DNA from: Conidiobolus incongruus B7586
Taxonomy: Eukaryota
Length of the DNA stretch: 43,014 bases
NCBI GenBank assembly: GCA_000697335.1
Contig: JNEM01009031.1
Location: 1 to 43,014, forward strand
Direction: 5' to 3'
Shown here: one piece after another, positions 24,113 through 39,559 of the stretch
How the letters are laid out: every line of letters begins with the position of its first letter
How positions within the stretch are numbered: position 1 is the stretch's first letter
Position numbers and translations under genes: made by a program
The notes under the pieces: generated by a model
The model's database searches: none
Told to the model about the DNA's origin: nothing
What the model saw: only the letters and a program-made list of their open reading frames with translations

Positions 24113-25765
24113 TTAGCTATGATAAATCAATAAATTACCATTTATAAAATCTTCAAACCTATAAATCTAAATAACTCATGTTAACATTTAAACTAAAACT
24201 ATTAAAATAATAAAATTACTTACTTTATCATATTGAAACGGTTTGGAAAATTTTGCTATAAAGAAATTAATTGATGGGAATTCAGATATTAACTCTTGAA
24301 TTGGACACTTCTCAAATCGCTCCCAATGTGTACACCATTCGTAAATGATTGTATGCAGATTGGGACATTTGCGATGAATAAGTTGTATTAAATTTGTCCA
24401 GTGGCCATTTTCGGAATGGAGGTAGAGATGCGTGAGATGGAGTGGTTCGTCACCTGCCAGTAAAACGTCTAAAGTTTTTTGATTGATATCGTGCGAGAGC
24501 TTTAAAGTCATTAATTTGGGGAAGAGCTTGGGCAAAAGGTAGAGATTGTGGTGTGTACAGTGTTGTTGATCGTGTGCAAAGTAGTGATCAATATACACCT
24601 GAGTAACGTTTGGAAATATGGTTTCAAATTCATAAATCATATGAAAGTGTATATGGTGAAGAGACGAAGTCGAGAGCTGCTTCAGTTTGTGAAAGACAGG
24701 CGTATGGTGATAAAAATTAGGCATGGGCGTTTGTGTACATAATTTTGTCAAATTGGGACAATTTTTCGCGAGTAATGTTAATATATTATAACCGATGACA
24801 GAAATTGATACTTCTCTCAAATTGGGACAACTTAGTAAAAATAATTGAAAGAAGTTAAAATCGACATTTTTGTACACCTTTGGCAGTCCCAACTTATTAG
24901 GTCTTCGGTAAGGCAGATCAATTTCCAAAGATTCTATGTTCGTTGTAAAATTAACTTCTTCTCTCCAAGGAATTTCCCTATCTTGCAATCTTTTATATTT
25001 GACAATATCCAAATTCAATTTGAAGTGAGTTAATTTGCCAGTGTTTTTGAGAAAGTTTTCTAAATCGGACCATTCTTCTATTGTAGATTCTTCATCAAAG
25101 GTGAGTTCTAAATAAGTTAAATTGGGGAGATCTTGAATGAGTTCTATTAAATAATCAAGTGAAAAATACTCTTCAATATCAATTTGCAAAGTCTTTACAT
25201 TAATCTTCATTTCGGGGGGTAAAGATTGCAATCTGATAGCTGGCTCCTCTAAGCAATTTAAGTAATAACCCTCGATTTTGAGATGGCTATCGAGCATTCT
25301 AGACAATAATACTAAATTCATCCAATCATCACCATAACACAAATAAAATAGCGGAATAGGCTCCAAATGCTTTGGGAGCGTTTTAAAGCTGAGCAATTCA
25401 TAGCAATAAGAAAGATCTGATACATACATGGGTAAATAGTAATACCAAATACGGGGACAATAATCCAACCAGCTTTCTTGACCCACTTCAGGCAATTCCA
25501 AAGTTCCAGGCTCCACAAATCTGACATATTTTCCATACTTTTTTAAAATTTGTAACCTATCTCGCTTCCTACCAAACCCTTTGTAAATATGCCGCCAAAT
25601 TTGAGGTTTTAGAACGTTGGACCACCTCCTACACAATTGACCGAGTGGCTGGAGCAAAGAGTCAGGAATATACTGAGAGATTTGTAGTAGTATATCTGGG
25701 TCTAAATCTTTCCAAGAGGTTACTATATTGATGTTGGTGTTATCTGAAGTATTTTCCTTTTGCAT
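24113..25765 (-). CDS. F-box / LRR-like (RNI-like) protein, paralog 1 (~531 aa)
   Basis: N-terminal F-box-like WKDLDPDILLQISQYIP...LGQLCRRW, then LRR-like units (LPNLTYLEL, CPNLREVSI, CPNLTKL, FPKLMTLKL, CPNLHTI). Terminal intron 24223-24167 (GTAAGT...TTTAG) leads to exon IYRFEDFINGNLLIYHS*, at the same position as in paralog 2. Confidence 0.85.
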
Positions 25766-26765
25766 TTAATAATTTTTAAAGATTAAGTAATAGGAAATCA
25801 TGATTACAAAATAAAATTAAAAATAAATAATCGTTGAGGTTGTGACTTTTATTATGGGTTTTTGTAATGAATTAGGGATTGCTAGTTTCCAAAAATTGGA
25901 AATTGGAATTTTATAATTGGAGATATCTAAAAATGTATTAAATTTATTTAAACTGATTAATTTTTTTCATTATTATTATTATAATTAATATAATACTATT
26001 AATTCAATAATCGTATAAATAAAAATAATAAGACAAATTAATAAAATAAAATTTTAGTATATTTTGCTTTAAATTGAATAACATTGGATGATTTAATATT
26101 TTGTAACAAAGTATTAAACCGATTCAATATTTGTAAGTTGAATTTTATTGGTCGAATTGGACCATTTTCAAATGCCTATTTTATTAACATATATATATAT
26201 ATATATATATTTAAAATTATTTAGTATAATATTTGATCAAAAAATTTGAATATTTATATATTGGGGCATTTGTGAAATTAGTTATTGGAAGATTTTATTA
26301 AATTGATTGTTTTATACCAATTTCATTTTAGTTGATTATTTAGTTATTTGAATTATTAATATGACAAAATTAGAATTTTTTAATGATATTTGATTAACTA
26401 GAAATGTTTTTATAATTTGAATTTATATAGTTAAGCTAACCATTGAAAGTTACAAATTCCAAATAGTAATTTAAACTTGATTCAAATACAAATGTGGAAT
26501 ACGGATTAAAAATTCACACATCAGAATAGTACACGTTTTCAATAGCTGAAAACAATGTTTCTATATATCGATTTTATAGTTATAGAAAAATTGAATAGTA
26601 ATTCCTCCATTATGAAAACATCAAAATATTACTTTATTATATTGTCTTATATTATTTCACAGTTCATCAATTTTGTTCAAGATTATTATTAGGTATTAAC
26701 TGAAAACATAAATGATTAATATTACTCAAAATTCTCATATGTCAAATAATTCAATTAATCAAAAT

Positions 26766-28342
26766 TCAATAATTTTTTTTTAAAAAATATTCAAATTCAT
26801 AAATCTAATATTCAAAATTAATTGGAATAATTCTGAATATTATAAATAATATACTTTCATTTTTTTGTGTGAAAGGCTTTGGAAAATGAATCATAAATAT
26901 GCTAATTAGTAGAAATACTTGCACTGATTCGCGTATTGTACAAGCGTCAAAACTATCTCAATGATTGCACTAGTCGTAGGTTATAGTATGTAGGTTATTG
27001 TATTTTGTTTGATAAATTGAATTGGGTTAGACCATGGTTGAGTGCGTAAATGAAAATAAACTGGCATATTTTGAGAGAGTAATCATCTCAAAGTAATATG
27101 ACTAGCATCGTGTGATAATTTAAGACTAAGTGATTTCGGAAACGGCTTGAGTAGGAGGAACAATTAGCGTTGAATACATTTTATAGGTATATGTGCAGAG
27201 TAATGATCAAGATACATCTGGATTACCTTTGGAAAGATGGTTTTTAATTCATTGTTCAATTCTGTGTGGATATCATTATGTGATAATATGGATAAATTTT
27301 GAGACTGTGAGACTGTGAGACTGTGGAGAATCCAAATAAAATATTGATAGCAGGGCTAGAATGTATACTTTAATCAATCCAGGAGAGTTTTCCCCAGTAG
27401 TAATAAAATATTGTAGTCCAAAATACCAATTCATACCTCTGCTAGCATAGCAGATGAAACTACAAACAATTGTACAAAATTAAAGCTAGTACTTTAAATC
27501 ATACTCGTGAGTTCTCTCTTACTCCATTCTATACCTGGCAACATAATATACAATGGTCTAATATTAGACCAAAAATCAAAAAAAGTCACTCTCTACAATT
27601 TGCGTTTCGTGTAAATTTTCATGCTTTCGAGTATTAATATGTCTAATTTAAATTTTACATTATCAAAATTTGTAGGAAATTGCTTTAAATCAATTCATGG
27701 TTCGACAGAACTATTGATATTCTGTCCAATATCCAGCATAATCAGATTAGGAAGTAATAAGTCGAATTAAACAACTGATTGGAAAATGTTCCACAATGTT
27801 GACTTTAGACCTCATATTGGAAGCTAGAGACATTAGCCGCGTTGCAGATTTTTTGCAATGAATCAATCGAAAGTCCTCTAATAATTGGCAAATTTCACAT
27901 TCTAGACAATAAAACAATATGCACTTGGTCATTATCTTACCACAAAAGAGCAATAGTGGTCTAATGAAGCTTTTCCGGAAGTTGATAAAAACTAAGCAAC
28001 TGGGGCGAAAATAGATAAAAATACTAATATGTGAGCAAATAAAGGAATAAATTTGGGGCCAGAAATCCAACTAATATACTTCACCAACTTCTGGAGAAAG
28101 TAAAGGATCTTTTATTAATTTCACAAATTTAACCTATTTCTTCAAAACATCCATATTGTTCCATTTCTTGTAAAAATCTCTATAAATTATTCCCGAGATT
28201 TTAGGAGATAAAATATAGTAATGTCTCGAACATACTAACACTAAAAGAAGTAAAGAATCAGTTATTTGATATTTGTAAAAAGTAAATCAGAATTTAAATT
28301 TCTCCAATTGTTAATAGAATTGATTTCGTCAGAATTTGATAT
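26766..28342 (-). pseudogene. Pseudogene of the same F-box/LRR-like family
   Basis: Minus-strand translation: NNWRNLNSDLL...LVCSR...ILSPKI...KK*VKFVK...PEVGEVY*LDFWPQI ... NELKTIFPKVIQMYLDHYSAHIPIKC...SLKLSHD...NLHTITYD*CNH*D...KPF, then the terminal intron and IYEFEYF. Collinear with both intact paralogs but with many stops and frameshifts; the start codon reads ATA. Confidence 0.9.
27301..27324 (+). repeat. Tandem repeat (GAGACTGT)x3 inside the F-box pseudogene
   Basis: gagactgtgagactgtgagactgt read directly. Confidence 0.9.
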
Positions 28343-30666
28343 TTTTATTTGTAATTATTTATTATGATTGAATTTTAATGGTTACTATGATTAATACATT
28401 TAATATAACAGATTAATATTAAACCTAGTGATTTATTTATTTATACAAATTTATATATTAGATTTTGAAGGTTAATCAGTTACTTTTGATATACGAGATT
28501 ATGGTAATAAGTCAAATATTGTATTCCAATTGATAAATTTTTCAAGTTTTTAAACCTATTACACAATCAATTGATCTAAACTACAGCAAAATTATAATCG
28601 TCAAATTTCTCGTTAAATTGAAATATTGAATCATTCTAAGGTAGATGTTATCCTAGAAACTAAAATTTCTATCTTAAAATCATTGAAACTTAGAAAAAAA
28701 GTTAGAGTTAAACTAAATATGTAAAATATTGTAAAATTATAATATTAGTAAATCACAAAAAAATTATTATTTATATTATAAATTGTATAAATAATAATGA
28801 AACATAGAAAGATAATATCAGCAATATACAGTTAACTAAGGTTCTTTTGGATTCATTGTACAATTAAAATATGTTAAATAATTTTTAAAATCAATGATTT
28901 TGATATATATTTATTTATTCAAAATAACTAATAAAATATTTAATAATATATTGAGTACACTTCTCAGAATCAAGTTATTCAATTAATGATATTTAATTTT
29001 AATAATAATTATAATACTAAACATGTATTCACCCAATAAATTGAGATATATTTTGCATGATTTACATTTAAATATATTTATTAAGATTTTAGTTGAAAGG
29101 GCTAACGACCAGTGTAATACATTCAAGAATTAGTGCAAGGTTAATTAGATTAAATTGGTAGTTTGTGAGGTTCCTTATTATAGCAGGAAAACACAATGAA
29201 TTCAGTTTTAGAGGATAATACTTTAATATTAAGATTTCTAGAAAAGTGTAATGTATCAGTGTAATAATTGCCTGCAAATTAACAAGCTGAGCGTCATTTA
29301 GTGAAGGCATATGGTATTGATTCCTTATAGAATAATGGCCCAAGCTGAAAGAAAATTCAATTATTCTCACCTAGGAATCACATAATATATCATTCAGTTT
29401 CCATTTTGAGCATAATCGAATTTATAAATATATCATATTATATTTTTATTTTTATACAAATTTTCCTAAAAGTTGTTTATATATCATTCAACTTTTGTAT
29501 GATAATTGGTATAACTAGTGCATATATATATATATTATAATGAAATTTAAAAACGAATTTATAGCAAATTTATAATAAAGAAAATTTTTATTTAGACAAA
29601 ATAAATTAATTTTTTAATTTCCAATAAATGGAAAAAAATCTAATATAATTATTTTATATATTGTATCAGATAATTTTATTTGTAAATTGAGTGATTAAAC
29701 GTCGCATATTAGATAATTTATTACCAGTTAATATATAGTGGAGACTCTTCATTTTTAGATTGAATCTGTCTTATTGCATAGCTATTTTCAATATGGAGCT
29801 TTGATAATTTTGGGATGAATTAAAAAAATAGCATTTTAATTTAAAATTATTCATCTATTTTTATTAATATAGTGGAATCTAACTATTTATTCATTATAAA
29901 TTTTAGCCAAATTACTGGTATTAAATGGAAATAATTTACCAAAAATCTAATTTTACAAATTAATATATTTTAATTTAGAAAATTCCTATATTTGTAAATT
30001 CGTTAAAAAAAGGTTATATATACTACGTTTAAATTTTATGTTGATAATTAAACAAGTATTCATATTTTATATTTGATAAAAAATTTTAATGGATAAAAAT
30101 CTTGATAATTATTATCAATTTTAATGATCATTTATATTTTATAATAATATATTCAGAGATATACAGAGGTCCATAATAGGAAATTAAAATCCTTGATTTG
30201 GAGGTTAATTTTGTTCAATATATGGTGCTGTTTTTGATTTGTATTAAATTTGCTTAATAAACGTCTCTAATACTGAGAGAAATTTATATTTCAAAATGAT
30301 TTGAAATTATTGTCATTCAAATTTTATCAACATTTTCTATTATCGTTATTAGAAAATAAGTGCTTAAGTATGATATCAAATGTATACTTCCAAAAATGGA
30401 TACTATAAAAATATTCCATTAGAATTTTTCTGAATCTGAAATAGTCACATATCTAATGCTATTTTGAAATTTACTCTTAGTCTAATTCTGAATTAAATAA
30501 ATCCACTCATTCAAATATCAATTTCTTCATAATTTTAGTCTTTTGATCAAATTATTAGAGATATACACAAACGGAATAGCTGACAATCTTATTAAGATTT
30601 CGATATAATAAAATATTTAATTGATACTTAATATTTTAATATATCTACTAAAATTAAATGTGTTGA

Positions 30667-30705
<39 letters not shown>
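30667..30705 (+). repeat. (AAT)13 microsatellite
   Basis: Perfect AAT run read directly. Confidence 0.95.
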
Positions 30706-30706
<1 letters not shown>

Positions 30707-31990
30707 GTAATATTAAATTTAATATCTGATTATTTAAAGTAAATGTATACAACTGTTAATAGTAATTATATATTTTGATATATATTTTAACAAGCTGGAT
30801 ATAAAATCAATCATCTTCATAGCTATACTATTAATCTCATCCGTAATATATGATATATGACTATTTATTCCATTGAATTTTTCGAATGTATATATCAACA
30901 TATTTGGCTAAATGAAGTAACATATTGTTTTATTTGGAGAACAAATATTGAAAACAGTGAGAATTAAAGTTTAAGACTTATTGTTGAATTTTAATATTTT
31001 ATTAATACACCATTATATGACATTCATAAGTGGAGAAAAACAATAAACACTCATGATGATTTTTGCATTTTTATTGAATAAAAAAGTAAATATTAGAGAT
31101 TCAAATTTAAAATGTATTTTTATTAAATATGAACAATCTTATATGTTAATTGATGATAAATCAATTTATAGGAAATTGATAAAACCTCACTGATAATTAG
31201 CCATATCAATTTAAAATTCTATTCAATCAGAATACATACATTGATTCAGTTCAATTCAAATGATATATTTACAAATATTGATAATGAATAATATTTTAAA
31301 ATTGAATAACATAAGCTAGGCTAATAAATCCCTAGAGTGTGTAATGATATGGGAAATGATAAATCTTTTTAATGGCTCCATAATATGTATAGATAATTTT
31401 AATTAGACTAAATAATTTTAAATGAAATTTGAACATACTGTGAAAAAAATGTGTGATAATTGAAATATATATAATAAGGTAATCAAATTAATCTTAAATC
31501 GCTTCAGAATAAAATGACTAAAATATCATGTCATAATTATAATTTAATTTACTACTTTCTATTACTAATAACTATAACAATTTTTGAAATATATAAAACA
31601 TTATAAAAAACAATAAAATATATAAATCGAAATTAGATTCTTGAAAATTCGATTACACTTTAATTCCCCCAGATTTTCTAAATTCAAATCACAGATTATT
31701 TCAAATTGATAGACAAACCAATGAATTATCCAAATGGAAAGTGTATGAATTAGATATGATTTGACCATCAACATGTGTTTCATCCTATTTAAGGTTCTTA
31801 TTCAATTTTGTTCTAATAAATAGTATTCACCTTATCTCTAAATTCATTCTTTTATTCACTAAACTTTTTCAATATTAATTTCAATTATTATTATTAGATA
31901 TTATATAGGTTATAAAATATTATTGTACTTTATTTTTAAATATTATTCAATTCGAAAAGTATACAAATTTAATTTAATTTCCAATACCAA

Positions 31991-34900
31991 ATGAGTAATC
32001 GAATCGTATTGGAAGATGGGAATTCCATTACCCAGTCTTTTTTAAATGAATATGGGTTAGTTGCGGATCAAGTTAAAAATATGGAACAACTTGAAGAGCT
32101 GATAGCTATGGACCCGGCAGAGAGAGCTAAACTCAAACCCCAACATAATTCCGACGCAGATAGTGGGTTCCATCAGTCAATGAGTAATAGCGATCCTAAT
32201 GATTCGTTTTCAATTGACTCACCAACATTTAAAACAAAGAAGAAGGAAAAGCATAGAACTCATAGGGGTTTAAGTGTACCTATGACAGGTACCAAATTAC
32301 AAATGAACGACCCTAATATCATTAGTTTTCAAAATGAAATTAACAAAATTATTAATCAGTGTACTAGCAAAACTTTAATTACTCCTTATATTAAGTATAC
32401 AAAGTCGAGTTCTGACCAAGATGACACTTTGGTGGATCAGTCAAAGGCCCAGGATAAAAAATTTAGAAGGATATCGTTTGTTCCCCGTGCTTCGAAGACA
32501 CTTAGCTCGAGAGCTTGGTCTTACGCCACTGGAGACGACTCTTCTAGAGAATTTGGATATCTGAAAGCGTGTTCTCACTTGCATTCTTTACTCCAGAAAT
32601 ATGCCAAGGATTTTAATATCTTGATCAGATATAACGAAATCTTCGCTTTCTTATCCTATCCATTCACTTCGCGTCCTCTGGCGGAAGCAGCATGTGAAGA
32701 AGCGCTCAAAGTGTTTGAATACATTGTAACTACTTTTGAAGCCCACACCACTCAATTTTTAGTGAGTCAGACCAATTTCCTAATTAAAGCGTTGCAAATA
32801 CCCCAATCTCGGATCAAAGATATGTTATTCGAAAACTTGAAAATTCTGCTAAATAGATCCGCCATGGGGAACAACGCGAAATTGTTGTACAAAGAACCAG
32901 GTCATTACCTATACCTGCGAGCTCACTACCAATCCTTAAGCAGTGCTGAACCTGAGCAAAATAGTACAACGGAGAATATTTCGAATGCCTTGGCTCAAAT
33001 TTCTGAAAAAATTATTTCAATTACATCGGCTCAATATCCCAACATGAACACAGCAGATCAGTTCTTAATTCACAATTTTCAAGTACTATCTAAAACTTTG
33101 AGAATTAATAATTTTCGAGTTCAGAAATTTGCAATTAACGAGTTGGAAAATTTGGTCAATTCAATTCCGACCAGTCAAATGACACCATCTTCATCTAGAG
33201 AATTTCTCAGTTCTTGCTATATTACCGTAGTGGATTATGCGTATCAGGAGAAATTCGCTCAATTGGACAATCTTAAAATTTTAATGACTCTGATTTATGA
33301 CAGGTACCCAGTGGATCAAATATCCGAAGTTGAACTAAAACTCGCATTAAGGAGTGTATTAGTATCACTAGCAATCGGTCACGGTACCCCAATTGCCACG
33401 AAACCTCCGAAGAAGCAGTTAGATTTGGATTCTATCAAGTATATTAAATCAGTGCTTGCTAATGATAAGAGCCACATATTAATCGAATTGATGAATCAAC
33501 TCATCAAGGAAGAAAATATCTCTATAACAATTCCCACTTATTCTAAAATAGTATTTGATAAATTGGACACGAAATTTGTGGACGCTTTGATTTCTAAAAC
33601 ATTACCCACTCTTTACAACGTAAGCTATGTATTATATATCAACTGATCAATATTAACTAATATTCTTAGCTTTTTTATGAAAATCCACTATTGAAGTCCA
33701 CACCAGCTCTCAAAACATTCCTCCAAAAACTCAAGAGGACGAAGCCCATTTTGTTTTATACCCCAATTGCCACTTTGATCCCTGGTCAAAGTACAGCCAT
33801 CGCATCCAAATTAATGACCATTTTACACTATATCGGCAATATTATCGGTCTCAATGATCTCCTCTTCAGTGAAAAAGATTTAGTAAGTTTAGTTATTTTA
33901 TCCGATATGAAATCCAAAAAAGGCTACAGTTTAGCTCAAATTGTATTCATTTCGGAAATCATTCTATCATTCCAGAGGATTCCTCCTGTATCGGATGTAG
34001 ATCACGCAACCTGTGATTTGTCATCAGCTAAAGCGCATCACTTTATGGATACGATTGAGACGCAGATTGGTTCATTGTTGATGTACCGTACAAAATTGGA
34101 AGGACCTCCACTATGTCCCCTACTTCGTTATTTGATCCTCAATTTGATATTGGAATCTAGATTGCACAATACCGAGCCCAAGCGTTACAATTGGATTCGC
34201 GTAGTTCTCAGTTGGATTCAAGGTGAAGACTCCGAAGAATTGCTGTCGTTGGACAATACCAAAATCATCAAAGAGTTAAAAGCTGTTTACCAAGATTATC
34301 AGTTTAGATTAACGCCAAAACTGTCCCAATCCGAATTGAGTGAATTGAAACTGCCTAAAACTATTGGTCAGGAAGCTGCCGGTGCGGCCAATACAAAGAA
34401 TACAAAGGGTGGTGTATCGTATGCTGGTTTCAATTTGTTGAATGGAGCAACTGCTTCGTTCAAGCAGCACGCTCCTTACTTCGAGAATGTGTTTAATAAG
34501 TCTGCCATTGAAATGAGCTTGTCTCTCATTGCTGTCTTGCAACCTTTTTTTACTCAGGCAGAATCCATCTCCCTACTTCCATTTTTATGGCGTTACCTTG
34601 TCATCAATGCATCCGCTCCCATTCAAGTACCACTTTCAGTGTATGCAATTATGGTCAGCGGTGACCGCAGCGAAGAATTAGTCACTTCATTTATCCAAAA
34701 TAATATTGAGTCCGGATCTTTAGAATCGCGAGTGGATTCCTTACAAAAATTCTCAAATATTTTCGGAAAACGATCCTACATTGTTAACCACTTGAGTAGT
34801 CTGTGTCTCACTACAAAATCCTTCCGAAAGTCCAATCCAGTGGTCAAATTCGTATCTACCTCTGTAGGAATTGTTGAACCCGTGATGCAAGAAACATGGC

Positions 34901-37900
34901 TGAAAAAACTCAAGGCAGCGGGCACATCCGCAGAAGAAATTAAGATGATTCAAAGTTTGGGATGGAATGATGATGAGGATGAAGACACTTGGCGATGTGA
35001 TTTGAATCCAACCTTAGTCTCAACAGTCCTCAACGAATTGCTGGACAAGGAGGAGAGCTCTGCACTTTCGTCAATCTCCAGAAAGAAGCCCATCTTGACC
35101 AATTTACTGTGCAATTTGACATCTCGATTGAATTCTAGTTTAATTATTTGTCAAGATTCTCTCTACTCCATCTGCCGCACTATCTTGTTCAATATTTTGA
35201 GGGATGAGCCAGCTTGGTTCCTTCGCCAATATTTCAGTCGCGTTCATTTGTTGGAAGATAGTGATTTAGAGAAATTTTCTACAGAAATTAATCAAGTGTT
35301 ACTATATTCTTACAGTCGTCCCCTATTCTTCTCTTACCTCATGTTCAACTATCTGTTGGGATGGGGCAAGTGGGCGTACCGCAGTGGTCGCTCGTCCGAT
35401 CTCAAATTAATTAATTTGATTCTTCCTATTACATCACGTATATTACCATCGACCCATGAAGTTACATATAGAGAACTTAGAAAGAATAAGGTGGATACTA
35501 TACTTATTAGCAATGGCAAATTCTGGCCTCACGACTACACCACTTTGAATCTTTCTAAAGAGCAATTTTCAGCTCCTGTTGCACTACCCGATTTGAAATT
35601 TGATTGTGTACCAAATCATTTCTTCGATTTGACCATGTATCGAATTGGTCAGTATATGATTATGGAGTTTATGGCTATGAAGCATCCTGCCGATGCGGTG
35701 GCATTTTCCCAAACGATGATTGCGTTCGAGCCTTTAAATTGGGCTATTAAACGTAGTAAAGTACCTACCATTACCAAGGCTTCATCATCTCCTGCAGTTG
35801 GAAGTGAAGTGAATCATCCCCAAGTGCATACTTCGTTGCTCCCTTATTTGAACAAAGTACCCTTCAAATCTCTATCTTCCCTTCATTCAATTTCTTGGCT
35901 CACTTTTGTCTCAAGAGTGTTTGACCATATGGATCCATCCAATCAACCTCGCCAAGAGCTTGAAACCATTTTATCAGGTATCACTCGAATTTTACTCAAT
36001 CATCTCTTCAATTTCCACGTCGTAAGCAAATCCATCCAACTCTTAGCGCGAATTTCCCTTCAATATCGACGTTTATTCAATTTAAAATCTGGGTATTCGA
36101 TGTATTTACCATCTGTTTTTGAAGCTTACTGTGTTTCGGATAACCCTCACATTCATTCCGGAATCGAATTCTTTGTCGCTTTCTTATTTAACTTGCATCA
36201 GGAATCTTTCCTCTTCCAAATGCTAGGATGCTTAGTTCCCGTGTGTTTAAATAATACCTTTTCGTCCTATGCCAAGTTGGATACGAATTTGGCCTTGTTT
36301 CAATGGCTTCACTGCTTGGACAAGTTACCACATAGAGATACATTAGGAATTCTTCAGGGCTTGCCATCGCACCTGATTGAGGAGAATTTGGATGATGTGA
36401 AGCATGAGACTGTGACTTGGTTGCCTAAGGTCTTCTTGCCACCTAAGATTCAAGGATGGAATTTACTCACGTTCCAATCGTTCCCAATGGTCAAATCCTT
36501 TAAGATGTTCATTACTATTATGAGTTACGATCCAGGATCAGTTCGATCCGAACAATTTGTAACAATACTCGGTCCTCTCTTGAAACATATGTATCGCTAT
36601 CCCGGCCTGACAGAATTGATTGACGAGGGTATTAAAGCCTTGATCAGTATTTTTACCAAATTCTCCAAAAATTCTTCCGCTCTCGGTAAATTGATGAAGA
36701 GAGTCAGTTCTGCAGGTCCCGTCGACGACGGATCTTCGGGAATGGGTACGGAAGTGAACACACATCACCAATCCTCCAAAGCTGCATGGCAGCAAAATGA
36801 TCGCACCACGGTGAAAGTGCGATTTATCAGTTTGATTTCGTCCTATATCGATGTTGGCGGTGAGATTTCTTCCAAGCAAATTAGTTCATTGATCTATATT
36901 ATGAAATCGGTGTTCAAGTCCCCCAATACTTCGTCATCCAATCAAGGGCCCATTACCAATTTTGTCAAGGATATCCTCCTAAAGATTACCGATCCCGAAC
37001 AGAAGATGATTGCTTCTTGTGAATTGTTGTCGGTGCTGAATTCAATTAATATGAGTATATACCGTGTCGGTCCATTATCCGATCTGTTCTCAGGTCTTAC
37101 CCTACTCATTAAATCATTTGGCAATTCACCCAGCTCATTCAGCGATGCTATACAATTCGAACTATTGAAATTATCTCGCACTGGTATTCAATTCTTCCAA
37201 AATTCGGATAATATTACCATCGAATCGTTGAATGCGATGTCTAAGAGCTTTTCATTATTTATGGTCATGTTATCTGAACTGTTCCCCGAAGAAGGTATTA
37301 ATATCTTGTCAGAATTACCAGTTGGGGGTATCTCTCTAGCGTATGTATATATACCAATCTGTCAATACTATTCCAAGGACGACAAATTCTTCTTCTACTC
37401 ACAATACTTGTCAAGTCCCGAGAAGTATTCCATACAAAAGTTTTGGAGTTCTCTCCTAACTATTGTCAGTCGTCCTCTCATCGATATTTCGCAATACCAG
37501 TTGACAAAGTCTGCATTCCCAACTCAGCATTCCAGTAATATGAATATTTCAGTACTTTACTCCCTGGCGCATTTGGCAATTCGCTACATTTTGATACGTG
37601 CTGAGGGTTTGATATTTGGCAATACATTATTTTTGCACGAGTTGATGACGCTATTGAAATTGAGTATTTTTAGACCATTGTCCATGATGCAGTACGATGT
37701 AATGACTTCCGAATCCGATTATAATCAAGAGCCCATACCTGATGCGATCGTGAATTATTCTGCATGGAAATTGCACCAATTTTTTGCGAAATCGAGCCAC
37801 CCTTTCATGCTTCATATTAACAACACTGCCAGTCTGTTAATCAAGGTGCTGGACGACTCTGTCGATTTGGTACCTCCAAATCCATTGGGCGTAGATGCAA

Positions 37901-38649
37901 CTCAAACCCTAAGTGTTCCTAAACCTTTTATGCCTGAATCGCAATACTTGCAAGGTCGTAGACCTTCATTAGTGAGCGTTGGAGGTATTTCCGAGCACTA
38001 CGCTGGATCTTCGCACAATCCCGGACGCAGAAAATCCGATGCAAGTTCCGTCAAACAATTTATGGCGAACATCATGTCGTCGCATACTTCAAGACGACAA
38101 TCGATTAAGAGTCAAGCTACGAACTACGACAATCTTAGCATCCACCCCCAAGAACCAGCTCGTGACATTACGCAATCGAGTCACGCCGGCAATTCAGTGA
38201 TCGAATATGGCACTTCCACCATCATTCAGTGTATTATTAAAGAAATTGCAAAATGTCAGGAAGATTTGAAAGATTTGAATTATCTTTATCAACATAGGTC
38301 ACCGTCGTCGCCAAACCCACTGAATAACTCCGAAGATGATGTGTCATTTATCAACCATCTACCCAAATCTAAACGTCTCTCCGCCATTGACATCCTATTC
38401 TCCAAAAACAACTGCACATTGCCCCAAATGCCATCGTCATCTCAATATATCGGCAGTCTCGAAGACTTGACAGACTCCTTAAAAACTGAGGTAGAACATC
38501 TCGTAAACATCTTCGGCCATCATAATCTCCAAGGTCACACTATCAATGCGGAGCCCTATCTCCTTCCACCCAATCCTCAACCTATTAAATCTATGGGACG
38601 TCCCCAGCCTGGCAATCAACCTTTCGTGAAATTGTCAGGAAAATCTTAG
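31991..38649 (+). CDS. UNC-80-like large helical-repeat protein (~2202 aa)
   Basis: Exon 31991-33619 and exon 33670-38649 are joined in frame by intron 33620-33669 (GTAAGC...ACTAA...TTAG). Blocks LRDEPAWFLRQYF, LMFNYLLG, RRLFNLKSGYSMYLPSVFEAY...IHSGIEF...LHQESFLFQM and KMFITIMSYDPGSVRSEQFVTIL resemble, from memory, the UNC80 C-terminal region. Confidence 0.75.
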
Positions 38650-39559
38650 ACCCATCATTTTGTAAAATTATCGCTATCATCATCATTTATTTTCGAGCAT
38701 TTTTTTCACATTCGATATCCTTCATATTTCCTGAATTAGATTTTTATACTAAATTTAATTAATAAATAACATGATCGATCTATCATTTTAAATGCCAATT
38801 GTATATATATTATTTTGACTATGTTTATAATTTGAGTTGGAAATTAATTTTAAATCAACCAGATGGAATTGATTTCTTAATAATATTAAGCATTAATTGT
38901 AATGCTCCAAAATTAATTATATTTTTTAACTAATCAAATTCAAGAAAATTCTAAATTTGGTATAAAATATATTATAAAAATTTAGGAAATGAAATATAAT
39001 ATTTTTAATTCCGTTATTAGAGAGAAACGAATTAATATATGTATATTCCATATTTCACTAAATTCAAAATTTTATATACATTGAAATGAATTGAATTATA
39101 TTGTCAATATCCAGGTTAAAATGAAATAGATTTATTATAAAAGCTTTATTTTTCTTCTAATATGAATTAAATTTTTAATATTTCAAAAAATATATTATAC
39201 TTAACTAACATATTCTCTAACAATCGATTCTATTATCTAAATCCATTTAATTAATCAAAATCTCCATTAAAAATTGAATATTTAATTTCTTCGCTAAAAC
39301 TTTAACAACTAAATATTTATCATAATTTAAATATGTAATTTTATATTAATATCATATTTGTAATGATTAGAAATAATGATTATTTAATTACTTATTATAG
39401 AAATTTATCTTTTGGTTAAACTATTATTGGTAATTTATTGTTAATTTTAGTCTAAATATTTAGATATAAATACTCGGTTGTAACGTTGATTTTTTGATAA
39501 AATTGCTAGGTACAAGACGAGATTGTAGTGGATTTTAATACAAATTGACTAAAAGAATA

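Noticed and set aside
29089..29420. 93-aa minus ORF / moderately GC patch
   Set aside because: No recognisable motif or convincing gene structure; may be a relic but cannot be supported.
30150..30620. Possible further decayed F-box-type gene on the minus strand (KKLIFE*VDLF)
   Set aside because: Similarity is too short and fragmentary to call.
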